From Adineta vaga (lineage: Eukaryota > Animalia > Rotifera): a DNA stretch of 64,000 nucleotides. Both the position numbers and the translations under genes were made by a program. Positions 52,488 to 64,000 of this stretch are shown one piece after another; position 1 is the first letter of the stretch, and every line of letters starts with the position of its first letter. Location: NCBI GenBank assembly GCA_021613535.1, contig CP075496.1, forward strand, positions 4,340,001-4,404,000, in the 5' to 3' direction. The notes under the pieces were generated by a model that was not told the DNA's origin, did no database searches, and was given only the letters and a program-made list of their open reading frames with translations.

Positions 52488-55400
52488 ATGGTATCTGTGG
52501 TACGTGCCCAACAAGTCTTGTTCAAAACTCAACGTTTCAATAATGTTTCATGGTTAATTCGTCGTACGACTTCTTCCGCTCCTACACCAACAACAACTGA
52601 ATTAGCACAAAAAGTCGGTCATCAAGTCACAGCTGATATTGTTGATCCAGCTAAGAAAGTCATTGCAGGCGCACCATATAAATCACTTTCAATTGGTGTA
52701 CCAAAAGAAACTTTCACAAATGAAAAACGTGTCGCATTAACACCAGCTGTTGTTTCAGCACTCGTAAAGAAAGGTCTGAAAAGTTAATATTGGTTTGAAA
52801 TACTCGAAAAACGATTTCATATTAGGATTTACTTTAAATGTGGAAGAAAATGCAGGTAATGGTGCCTCGTTTCACAATGATGATTATCATAATGCTGGAG
52901 CTAAAATTGTTTCAAGAAATGCTGCATATGCATCGAATATAATTCTTAAAGTTCGACAACCAAGTTCTGAAGTATGTTCCATCAAAAAAATCATAATTTG
53001 TCTTTGATCTTTTTCTCTTGTTCTTTCATTGTAGGATATTAGTATCTTTCAAGAAAAATCAACATTGATTTCATTCATATATCCAATACAAAACAAAGCA
53101 TTAGTCGATGAACTTGCAAAAAGACAAGCAAACGTTTTTGCTATGGGTAAACCTTGAATGTATATTTCGAATTTATATTAAGTTGATTGTTCTTTTATCA
53201 TTTAGATTGTATTCCTCGAATATCTCGAGCTCAAGTATTCGATGCACTGAGTTCAATGGCAAACATTGCTGGATATAAAGCTGTTATTGAAGCAGCAAAT
53301 CATTTTGGTCGATTTTTTACTGGTATTTCGACAACTATCTTCTCTTTCGAATAATCAATCTCGGACCTTTTTTGTTTTGTTTGATCAGGTCAAATTACGG
53401 CTGCTGGAAAATCTCCACCGGCAAAGATCTTAGTTATTGGTGGTGGAGTTGCTGGTTTAAGTGCTATTGGAACAGCTCGAAATATGGTAGGAATAACCAT
53501 GATCACTCGTCTTTTTTATACTATCAAGCAATCAGCTATTCTATTTATGAAAGAAAATGATTATTCTGTATTGTAAGATTTGTTTGCTTAAAATTTTGCC
53601 ATAGCTAAACATTCATTTTACAGTTAACAATATTTTATGCATAATAGAAAAAACAATGATCGAAGAAATTCAATTTCAAATAGTTTCTTTTTGTATATTT
53701 TAGGGTGCAGTAGTTCGAGCTTTTGATACGCGTCCAACGGTGAAAGAACAAGTTCAATCGATGGGTGCAGAATTTCTCGAACTTCATTTTAAAGTAATAT
53801 CGATAGAATTCTGATGAATAGAGTTCACTCATGTGTTTTTTTTTCTCTTATATTTAGGGAAGCGAAAGTGGTGAAGGTACTGGTGGTTATGCAAAAGTAT
53901 ATCATCTTGCTGTTGCTTAACTGAGAAAAATCATATTCGGATTTTCAGGAAATGTCACCAGAATTTATTGAAGCTGAAATGGCTTTATTTGCTAAACAAG
54001 CGAAAGAAGTTGATATCATCATTACAACAGCTTTGATTCCAGGTAAGAAAATAAAATTAATGTTGAATAGATACATTCAATTGTTTCATTCAATAGGCAA
54101 ACCGGCTCCGAAATTGATTACAAAAGTTTGTACTTAATAGACCCACTACTTTTCAAAAAGAAAGAGGTGACGATTGATTGTAAAACTAATTTTAGGAAAT
54201 GATTGAAAGTATGAAACCAGGTTCAGTTGTCGTTGATTTAGCTGCCGAAGCTGGTGGAAATATTGAAACAACACGTCCAGGAGAAACATACATCTACAAA
54301 GATGTAGTTCATATTGGTTATACAGATCTTCCATCACGTTTAGCTGCACAATCATCGAGTTTATATGCAAATAATATTTCGAAATTTCTCTTGTCGATTG
54401 GCAGTCAAGATCATTTCTATATTGACTTAAACGACGAAGTTGTACGTGGTTCATTAATTTTACGTGAAGGTGAATGGATGTGGCCACCACCAAAACCAGC
54501 CGCTATTGAAAATCCTCTTTCGAAAGCAGCCAAAAAAGAAGTTAAAACAGCATCGAAAGCTGCTGCCGAAGTTTTACCACCAAACTATTTTACTAAATAT
54601 TTGAAAGATTCATTATTATATACAACTGGTCTTGGTTCACTTCTTGGTTTGGGTATTATTTCACCAAATCCACTATTTGCAAATATGATTACAACATTTG
54701 CTCTATCGGGTGTTGTTGGTTATCATACAGTATGGGGTGTTCAACCAGCTTTACACAGTCCTTTAATGAGTGTTACCAATGCTATCAGTGGTATTACTGC
54801 TGTTGGTGGTTTATTATTAATGGGTGGTGGATATTACCCGCAAACAATTCCGCAAGGTATTTGCAAAATTTTACAAAATTCTTTATTCATTTATTTCGCT
54901 TAGGTTTGGCAACTGCTGCTGCATTCATATCAAGTATTAACATCGGTGGTGGATTTATTATTACTCAAAGAATGTTAAATATGTTCAAACGACCAAGTAT
55001 GTATTATGATTATATCTCACAATAGTATTTGTACATTCGTTTTCTTTGTTTTTCTAATTTTATAATAGCTGATCCACCTGAATATAATTATTTATATTTA
55101 ATACCTGGTGCAACATCAATTGGCCTTTACGGATGGGCTAGTCATCAAGGATATCATGATATTAATCATTTGGCATATTTAGCAGCATCACTCTGTTGTG
55201 TCGGTGCTCTTGGTGGTTTAAGTAATCAAACAACGGCTCGTCTTGGTAATTCACTTGGCATGATCGGTGTTTCATTAGGTAAGTTCAATATAAATTCGAG
55301 TTCCTCGTCAATTACATTCATCAATCTATCATCATAAGGTTTGGCTGCAACACTCGGCGCAATTCATCTTGATATGCCATTAATCACACAAATTGGTGCA

Positions 55401-56987
55401 ACAATGGGTACTGGTGGTTTAATTGGTGCAATTGTTGCTCGTCGTATTGCAATTACAGATTTACCACAATTAGTCGCCGCTTTTCATTCACTAGTTGGTA
55501 TGGCTGCTGTTCTCACATGTATTTCGCATTATATTGCTGAATGTGATCATTTGGCACTCGATCCAGCAGCATCTGTTATTAAAACAGCTCTATTTTTGGG
55601 CACATATATTGGTGGTATAACATTTTCTGGTTCATTAATTGCCTATGCCAAATTGCAAGGTCTTATGAGTGGTGCACCAATTATGTTACCAGGTCGTCAT
55701 GCAATCAATACAGGCTTAGCATTAGCAAATGTTGGTGCATTGACTTATTATATGATGAGTGCTGATCCACTTGTTGGCATGTCAATGTTAGGTTTAACAT
55801 CAGCTTTATCAATGACAATGGGTTTAACATTAACTGTTGCCATTGGAGGTGCAGATATGCCAGTCGTTATTACAGTACTCAATTCGTATTCAGGATGGGC
55901 ATTATGTGCTGAGTAAGAGAAGAGATTATTGATTTCTTTGAATGTATCGCTATTATCTCATTTATTTTTCTATTATAGAGGTTTTATGCTTAATAATTCA
56001 TTGATGACTATTGTTGGTGCTCTTATTGGAAGTAGTGGTGCTATTCTTTCATATATTATGTGCAAAGCTATGAATCGTTCATTACCTAATGTTATTCTTG
56101 GTGGATATGGGTATATTGTCAATATTCTATTATAGTATGCTATAATCTTTTTACTTTATCTCTATTTAGTACGGATTCAACTGGTACTGGTAAAGCTATG
56201 CAAATTACTGGTACACATACTGAAGTCAATGTTGATCAAACAGTTGATCTTATTAGAGAATCATCATCAATTATTATCACACCAGGTTATGGTTTATGTG
56301 TTGCTAAAGTAATTTTTTCAATGTAAAAAAAAGATGTGAAAATATTCTTTCTCTTGTTTCTTTTTTGTAGGCACAATATCCAATTTCTGAAATGGTTGAT
56401 ATCTTACGTAAACATGGTAAAACAGTACGTTTCGCTATTCATCCAGTTGCTGGTCGTATGCCTGGTCAATTGAACGTTTTATTAGCTGAAGCAGGTGTTA
56501 GTTATGATATTGTTCATGAAATGGAAGAAATTAATCATGAATTCGCAAATACTGATCTTGTTCTTGTCATTGGTGCTAATGATACTGTCAATTCAGCTGC
56601 TGAAGAAGATCCAAATAGTATTATCGCTGGAATGCCTGTTCTCAAAGTTTGGCTCTCAAAACAAGTAAAACTACACAAAACTTTCTTAATAATTACATAT
56701 TCTCTATTTATTCGTAGGTTGTTGTTATGAAACGATCACTTGGTGTTGGTTATGCCGGTAAATTACATACACGATCAATGAATTCATTTCTTATTTTTAA
56801 ATTTTCGTTTTTCTCTCTTCTAGCCGTCGACAATCCAATCTTCTTTAAACCTAATACTTCAATGTTATTAGGTGATGCTAAGAAGACATGTGACAAATTA
56901 TTAGCTAAACTCAAAGTTGATTATGATGAAGGAGGAGCTAGTGGTTCTGCATCTGAACCTTCAACACCGTCCAGCAAAAATCATTAG
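52488..56987 (+). CDS. NNT: Mitochondrial NAD(P) transhydrogenase, multi-exon
   Basis: IGVPKE...[90 protein letters not shown]; N-terminal transit-like peptide. Confidence 0.98.
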
Positions 56988-57194
56988 ACTAGAAAAGACT
57001 TTACACGATTTACTGTTTGTTTAGTTTACTGTAGTGTTTGCACAATCGACACCTTGTCTTCTTTTTTTCACTCTACTCCTTCTCTTGTCCCCACATTCCA
57101 TACAAGTTTCATGCTGTCGAAAAAAACTGTAGTCTTTATTTTAAGAAATAAAATTTCCTCCTGATTACAAAAGAAAACGAGTCAATATTTTTAT

Positions 57195-57554
57195 TTAATA
57201 TTTTAAACCAGTTTTCCAACGTGTTTGAGGATCAATCGTATAACTCATCGGCTTAATTGAATGTATTAATTCACAAGTATATTTATCAAAATCATAATTA
57301 TAAGCATGACATTCTTCGAAAACGTATCGATCATATCTTCTTGAAAAATCAACACATTCACGAATACAATCATCGAGAGTTAATGCAGCTGCTACATGAA
57401 TACGATTGTCAGGCATGTTCGAAATTCGACCGTATTCAACAGTCAGTGTTCCTTCAGGTATCGATGAAATTTGACAAATAAAATTTGAAGGAAGAATTAA
57501 TAAGATAAATAGTTGTCTAAAAATTGAAATTAATTTTTTTGTTTTTGTGATCAT
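57195..57554 (-). CDS. Small secreted PAN/apple-like domain protein
   Basis: Hydrophobic leader; TLDDCIREC...CHAYNYDFDKYTCEL Cys spacing is typical of PAN/apple. Confidence 0.7.
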   Translation of the reverse strand: MITKTKKLISIFRQLFILLILPSNFICQISSIPEGTLTVEYGRISNMPDNRIHVAAALTLDDCIRECVDFSRRYDRYVFEECHAYNYDFDKYTCELIHSIKPMSYTIDPQTRWKTGLKY

Positions 57555-58010
57555 TCTTCTTACTTGATTGATAACATGGTTAGTCGACTTTGAAAGAACT
57601 TATTGTTAATATAAATTTTTATTTTATATTTAAATATTACTAAACTTTGTCTTCGAGTAGAACATTAGGAAAAAAGTGTAGAAAAAGCTTTTCTTCTTGA
57701 AATGAAACTCTTGAGTATACTTAGAAAACAAATAGAAGAAAATCTTCAATACTTTATGTCGTTAAGAGAAAACATCGACGTCATTGAAAATAAAAGAGAA
57801 AAAAAGAAGAACATCAATCAAGACTGGATCTAAATGTAAAAAATATTTTCGTTGTGATGAAACGCGCTTTGAATAATCTGAATTTTGACAAAAGAAAACT
57901 TGTTTACATGATTTGATTTCATCTTTTTTTTTCAATATTACTTCTCTCTTTCTAAATGTTGAATTCTTTCAAATCAATACTATGAACAAGTTTTCTAAAG
58001 ATTATTTAAT

Positions 58011-59022
58011 ATGTTTAATCATTTTGTTAAAAATTATTTTCCATCATCAGATAATTCATCGAATAAACAAATCCAAACAGCAGATACAGAAATTGAAATT
58101 GAATGTAAAGAATTTCTACCTGAAGTTTATGATACATGGATATATTTACAGAAACTATCGACTGATTCTACACATTTTCGTGAAATTTATGATCTGTATA
58201 AATATGAACGTTCAAAAAGTGAACGACAATCCTATTTTAATCAATTAAAACTACTTGATGATTCGATTTATAAATTATCATTAACTATTCATCAACGTAT
58301 TCAAACATTAGAGAAAATTGTTCAACCAACTATCGATGAATTTCGTCAAAGTGCATTAATTGATCAACAAACAAATCAATATAAACCAGCTTATATACGT
58401 ATTGCACAAAATCAATTGAATAGTTTGAAAGTATCATATAAACGTTTGATATCTCAACATAATTCCGATTCAATTGAATATCAAAATGAATTAAAACAAT
58501 CTCTTCAAAATTCGAAAACATTCACCGATTCTTATCAACAAGTTTCACGAGTTACAATCGATAAAATCAAATCTTTATTCAATTCTGATGAAGAAAACCT
58601 ACAATTAATACCAAAAGTATCAACTGAACAACAAGAACATTTTGGTGAAGAAGAAATGCAAATCTGGATTTAGAAGCACGTTTAGAAAGTGTACGAATTT
58701 TGAAAGAACGTGTTCGACAAATGAAGTAATATTCATTCGAGTATCTCAGATTGAGAAATCTTTCAACTCTTGTTCTTTTAGTGAAATGACAATGGCTTTG
58801 TACTTTTCTATTCAAGAACAAAATGAACTGGCGGATAATATTTGGCTAAATACCAGTGCTGGATCGGATTATATTGCACAAAGTATTGATGAAGTTCGTT
58901 TAGTTAAAAATTTAAAACAATCAAAACTGAATTTATGGATTAAATTAGTTTCTATAACATTTTGTTTTCTTCTTACTCTTATTCTTATTCTTATATTAAC
59001 ATTGATTTTGAATCAAAAATAA
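58011..59022 (+). CDS. Divergent syntaxin-like Qa-SNARE with an apparent frameshift near 58650-58670
   Basis: Helical Habc-like N-region; SNARE motif DLEARLESVRILKERVRQMN|EMTMALYFSIQEQNELADNIWLNTSAGSDYI; C-terminal TM anchor. The two halves are out of frame. Confidence 0.6.
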
Positions 59023-59167
59023 GTTCTACAAAATTTGTTCATTACTTATATGTATTAAAAGCTTCCCCGTTATATGTGAAGCATAACCCAATAAAATTGA
59101 AGAATATTTTATGTTTACAAAGAATAGAAGACAAAGAAAAACATACATAATAAGAAGAAAATTCTTT

Positions 59168-59772
59168 CTATACAGATGAATAGGAATTATAAAATGATGG
59201 TATTTGAATTAAATTTGCAACTAATCGATCAATACATGAATCTGATTCATAATCAATCATTGATATGGATGGATAATAGAATGAAAGTTGAGGAAGTAAC
59301 ATTCGAAGTAATGTCCAAACATTTGTACGTAATGCAATCAGATGATTTTGATGTGTACAGGGATTGCAATTGGATTCTTCTGTTGAATAACTACTGTTCG
59401 ATTGTAATGAACGTAAATTATGTATTTCACTAGGAATAATAAAGAGAAAAGGAAAATTTTGAAGAGAAAAAGAAAATCTTTATTGAAAACTTACTCGGAT
59501 TTATTAATTTGAGATAGAAGAGATCTTTTGTTATCAGGCATTAATAATTTATCAGTGAGAAAACATGACGAAAATCCTGTTTGTTGTTCATCATTTGTTT
59601 TTATTGATTCATCTTTTATTTGAGTATTGATATATAATGTTGTTGACCAATTAGTATGTGGTGATGGATTTGAACTTTCATATCGTGCTCGTTTTACTTC
59701 ACGACTTGAATGATCATTTGTTGTTATCGTTGTTGAATTTGATACACTATGTTGACGTTCATGTTTAGACAT
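59168..59772 (-). CDS. ~180-aa protein with a MORC-type C-terminal helical motif
   Basis: Two coding exons (59772-59496, 59430-59168) splice in frame; C-terminus LIALRTNVWTLLRMLLPQL...IDYESDSCIDRLVANLIQ. Confidence 0.65.
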
Positions 59773-60728
59773 ATGTCTAAAAATAAAATTATTCAATACA
59801 TTAGAATGACATCAAGAAAGAAGAGAATAATATCTGTTCTATTTTAAATACGTGAACTTTTGTTTTTATGTTACTCATTAAAATAAGTTTTAATTAATCG
59901 AATTGAAATTCTATTTCAGTATTCATTATAACGATTCATTTGATAATAAAACAAAAATTCAAACCTAATATTAATCGTTGAATAACTGCATTTTTGACAT
60001 CGAAGAACACGATTATTTAAATGACATCTCTATAAATAGAAACATTAGAATATTCTATTTAACAAAATGTTTTTACGTCTTTTACAATATGACAGTCATA
60101 TTTAGATTTTAATAGAGTTGCATATGAACAAAGATGACACTGTCGTACATTAACACCCAATTCTCCATGTTCTTGAAAGAGATGTTCACGGAAATTGTTT
60201 ATATCTTTAAATGTTCGTGTACATTGACTACATATATGTAGTAATTTATTTGATTCAATTGAATTTGTCCTAAATTAAATCAAAAGAAAGAATACAAATT
60301 AATTCAAATGAAATCGTTCTTAACATACGGAAGTTGTTTGTCGATGATAAAAGAATTCATGAATGAAATAGATATGTCGATTGAAGGATCAAATGTCGCT
60401 TAGAAATAACTACATCCTTCAATCTGCTTGCATGTACTAGCAAAGTAAAGGAAAAGGAAGAGTGTATATACATTGCATCATAACGAACCTGATTTCTGGC
60501 ATTTTGTGGACAAACATCCGCCTCTCTCTCTCTCTCTTCTCGCTCTATTTTCTCTTCTTTTTTCGTTAGTTTGATTAGCTTCGACGAACGTGGCCAGACT
60601 AACCAATGTACTTATGCGTCCGAAGACAACGACCGACAACGACAGAGACGACCATTTTTACATAATTTCTTGCGCATTGTTTTATGTCAATAGACATGAG
60701 GACGACAGGTAGTGCAAGTGTATCTATA

Positions 60729-60750
60729 TGTGTGTGTGTGTGTGTGTGTG
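60729..60750. repeat. (TG)11 microsatellite
   Basis: Directly visible in the sequence. Confidence 0.9.
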
Positions 60751-62251
60751 CGTCAGCGTTTACGTAACCTATTAAGGAAGAACGATCGATTGTGGCAATA
60801 TTGAAAGTAGATAGATGTGTGTGTATATATGTGTGTCATCGTTGTCTTTCGATTCTTCTTTGCTCTCGCCTATAATTGTGTATAATTTGACCAACACATA
60901 TAACAATGATTAAAAAAGAACAATTTCTAAAACGAATAGACATAGATATATCTAAAAAGTAGTTTGAGTTCATTTTTGATGACGTCAGTTTTCTAATTAA
61001 AACTTAAAATGAAATTGAAGTCTATCATGTAAAGCTGATTATCTTCTTCCAATGTCGTAAATAATTATAACTTTGATAATTTGAATGTAAATAATTGTTT
61101 TTATAAACATTATTGAAAGATTATATCTCGTACATTTTAACAAAATATAATATTTAGTTAACTACACAACAAATGTTTCGATATGTGGCAAAAACAAATC
61201 TGTTTGAATTAATTAAATTTCTTTCTAGATTATCTGATAATGACATTCAGTGTAAGATGTTTCTGCTTTTAGTTAATGAACTGAATTTTTTCCCTGTATT
61301 TAGAAAATAATGAGATGAGAAAATAGATCTTCATCTTTTTCTTCTCTATGCTCATTATGATATGTCAGTCGCGTATTTCACAATAGAAGAAAGAAAATCT
61401 CTCGATCTGTATTCGAATTATCTAAGACTATGCTTACTCGATCTGTCTTGTCTTGTAATAACACTTCCTGTGTATAGTGAGAACAAAATAACTTGTTTTT
61501 TTTTAAAAACTTTTCTAACAATATGATGTTAATATTGAAGGTAAATATTTTCATTGAAATCTTAGTTAATTTGATATAAAATTTTTGTTTTCGTTTCTAT
61601 GATGGAATATTCATCGTGTCTTTTAGTTTGCTTATCTTTGTTGACATAATGACGAATCTGGAGAAGTTTTCTTCTTCTTCTTCTTCTTGTTACATCGATT
61701 TAGTTTTTCTATTATTTACGCATTAATAAACAACTAACATCAAAAGAAAACTATAAATAGAGATATGCTTTCCCTCACGCATTTTGTTAACTTTTCTCAG
61801 TAGAAAATTTTGCGTAGGCATTTGTAATTCTATTCTAGTGATTGAAACATTAAATTGATTCGTTTGTTTTTATTCAAGTACAAATAAGAAAAGAAGAAGA
61901 ATCAATATTAAATTGTAGAATTTCTATTTATATTTGATTAGATCTACAATCGTTCAGCACCCACGTAGAAACAAGAAGATTTATATATAGAGAGAGAAAG
62001 ACAGAAAAAAGATTGAATATTTCCTCATTATCGTCTGGTAGGCGGATGTTAGTATATGAAGAAAAAAAAAGAAAAACTGCATCTACATTTCCCGTTATCT
62101 CGTGCAATTCTTATTTATATTCCTTTTCTAGTGCTCAATTACTATCATTGAAAAATTCTTTCTTTCCGTTCATTCTTGCTAATCCTTATGACTATCATTA
62201 CTTATCGTTTAAATTCCTAATCTATATCCATTCAATTCTTCTTAGTCTATC

Positions 62252-62988
62252 ATGTGGCTTCTTATCATCTCTTGTATAATAATTTTTGTTTCAAAATATT
62301 CCTTGGCAACAATTGATATTCAACCATACAATAGTTTTCAGACTGAAGATCAATGTCAAACTTTAGGTGATATATGTCAACAAACGACTGATTGTTGTTC
62401 AGATTTAACTTGTTATTCTATTGAAAGTATGAAGAAAACAAAATCTTTTTGATTTTTTACAATAGAAAAACTAAACAAATATGTTTGCTTTTTATTTAGA
62501 TCAAAATCTCTGTTTACCATTTAATAAACGAATGAAACGTTATGTAGAAGACTTTTTTATTCCACCCTATTATAATCCAAAAAATCATCTCTATCCATAT
62601 GGAATCAATATGCCACCATTCCCATTCTATAATGCATATGGAACGAAACCAACGAAAACCTATCAAAGAAATAAAATGGGTAATTTCAAAAGGAATATTT
62701 TCCTCTTTGTTACATAAGTTGAGTTCTTTTCTTTTAGAATGGGATCATTGTCAATTTCATGAAGATTGTGGTGAAAGTAATTGCTGTTATGTTCATTTTC
62801 GATTTCGTAGTTTACCGAAATCTTTTTGTCGACCAAATCGAAATCCTAAGAGTCAACTTTGTGAACCTCTTACTAAATATCGTTCACTAAAGGATGTTCC
62901 AGCTTGGAAACAACAACAACAACAGCAATTTGAAAATAATCAACAACAATCAACGTTTCCATCACGTACTTCGTACTTTCGGCAATAA
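62252..62988 (+). CDS. Secreted Cys-rich prohormone/toxin-like precursor (knottin plus second Cys module), 3 exons
   Basis: Signal peptide; CQTLGDICQQTTDCCSDLTC...C; dibasic KRMKR; second module CQFHEDCGESNCC...C...C. Confidence 0.75.
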
Positions 62989-63759
62989 ATGTTATTGAAT
63001 ATCTAATGAGATCATTACATTGAACAAAGGAGAGAGAAAAACCTCCTCGAATAAAAAGAAAGAAAGAAAGAAAAAGTAAAACGATCAATTTCAAACAATC
63101 ATTTATATTTTGTATCATCATTTTACTCTCACATATAGAATGTTTATTGATATGTGTAGATTCGTTTCTTCGTCGTCTTATTTATATAAACATCATTGCT
63201 TTTAAGCATATTTTTTCTTTGCTTAAATCTCAATCTATTTCGATTACAATGGATTTCTATTTCGAATGAAGTATATATTTAAATGAGAGATGAGAAAAAA
63301 TGAGAAGATACTTTCGATCTATCATCTGCTGTTTATGTCATCATCAATAATCAAATAAGTTATGTGTGTGGGCGATTAGCGCCTAAAAGTGATTGATTGA
63401 GGGATGGTAAACTAAGCGTATTCATGGAGAAGTTCATGTGCACACGTTCACTCGCTTGCTTCATTGTAAAAATAGGTCAAGCACGACGAACGTGAAAGAG
63501 ATAGTAGAAGAATAAAAGAAAATATCTATGTAGTAATCGTGACCGATGACGCTCGAGTTGCGCATCAGTAGTCACATCAAATGTACTGAATAGAGAAGCA
63601 TTCTCTCTTCTCCTTTCCTTTTCCTCTTATGATGGCCATTCTTTTATCTTACTTTTTATTGAACGAGTGATACAAAGAATATCTGTACGTACAAATATTC
63701 GTATTAATTTGATCAAGAAATTAGTTACAGAAAGAATCTACTAAATTTTCAAACGAACT

Positions 63760-64000
63760 ATGGCTGATACCATACCTCAACCCTATCCAACATCAACATC
63801 ACCAGGAAATGTCGAACAACAATATGCTCAACATCAATATGCATATCAAGCACGAGTCAATAGTCCAGGCGGTCAATATTATAATGGAGCTAATGGTGGT
63901 GAACAACAAGTTCAAGAAAATGCTGAACAACAAGTACCTTTAAATCAGGGCCAAGATAGTAACTATGGTCAATCAGGATTTAATGAACAGAATAATGCTG
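63760..64000 (+). CDS. 5' part of a Gln/Asn/Tyr/Gly-rich protein, truncated by the window end
   Basis: Open frame MADTIPQPYPTSTSPGNVEQQYAQHQYAYQ... runs to the window end. Confidence 0.65.
   Translation, partial: MADTIPQPYPTSTSPGNVEQQYAQHQYAYQARVNSPGGQYYNGANGGEQQVQENAEQQVPLNQGQDSNYGQSGFNEQNNA

Noticed and set aside
3306-56987. PnuC and NNT as an NAD-metabolism cluster
   Set aside because: About 48 kb apart with many unrelated genes between them; probably coincidental.
60768-60777. CArG box CCTATTAAGG, with SRF in the same window
   Set aside because: A single match is expected by chance in AT-rich DNA; no supporting evidence.
61810-61830. TTGCGTAGGC, resembling the 5' end of miR-242
   Set aside because: No convincing complementary arm to form a pre-miRNA hairpin.
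1-64000. CRISPR arrays, rRNA/tRNA genes and intact transposons
   Set aside because: No repeat-spacer array, recognisable structural RNA gene or transposase/RT ORF was seen by eye; covariance-model and repeat searches would be needed to exclude them.

Overview
AT-rich eukaryotic (metazoan) genomic DNA, gene-dense, with many ~50-60 nt GT-AG introns. Ordinary animal genes sit beside intron-containing genes of bacterial type, which suggests a bdelloid rotifer (inference only). About 23 protein-coding genes are recognisable: RAPGEF2/6 with a nested antisense PnuC-type transporter, SRF, PUS1, SC5D, two low-complexity orphans, an Eph receptor, secreted/membrane orphans, a bacterial-type RNase T2, C3orf38-like, ACBD3, TVP23, an AA15-like LPMO, selenoprotein N, a 4-RRM hnRNP A/B-like gene, NNT, a PAN-domain protein, a syntaxin-like gene, a MORC-C-terminus-like small gene, a knottin prohormone-like gene and a partial ORF. 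Main observations: (1) PUS1 has one U12 donor, three tandem paralogous exons each with its own U12 branch point and a U2 donor, and one shared last exon, which looks like a three-way mutually exclusive switch enforced by minor/major spliceosome incompatibility. (2) SelN has a full UGA recoding set: in-frame UGA, a 17-bp SRE hairpin that closes only after splicing, and a type II SECIS with a non-canonical UUGA core. (3) The PnuC gene appears interleaved with a 9-nt RAPGEF microexon. All coordinates and exon joins were read by eye and family assignments come from remembered motifs, not database searches.
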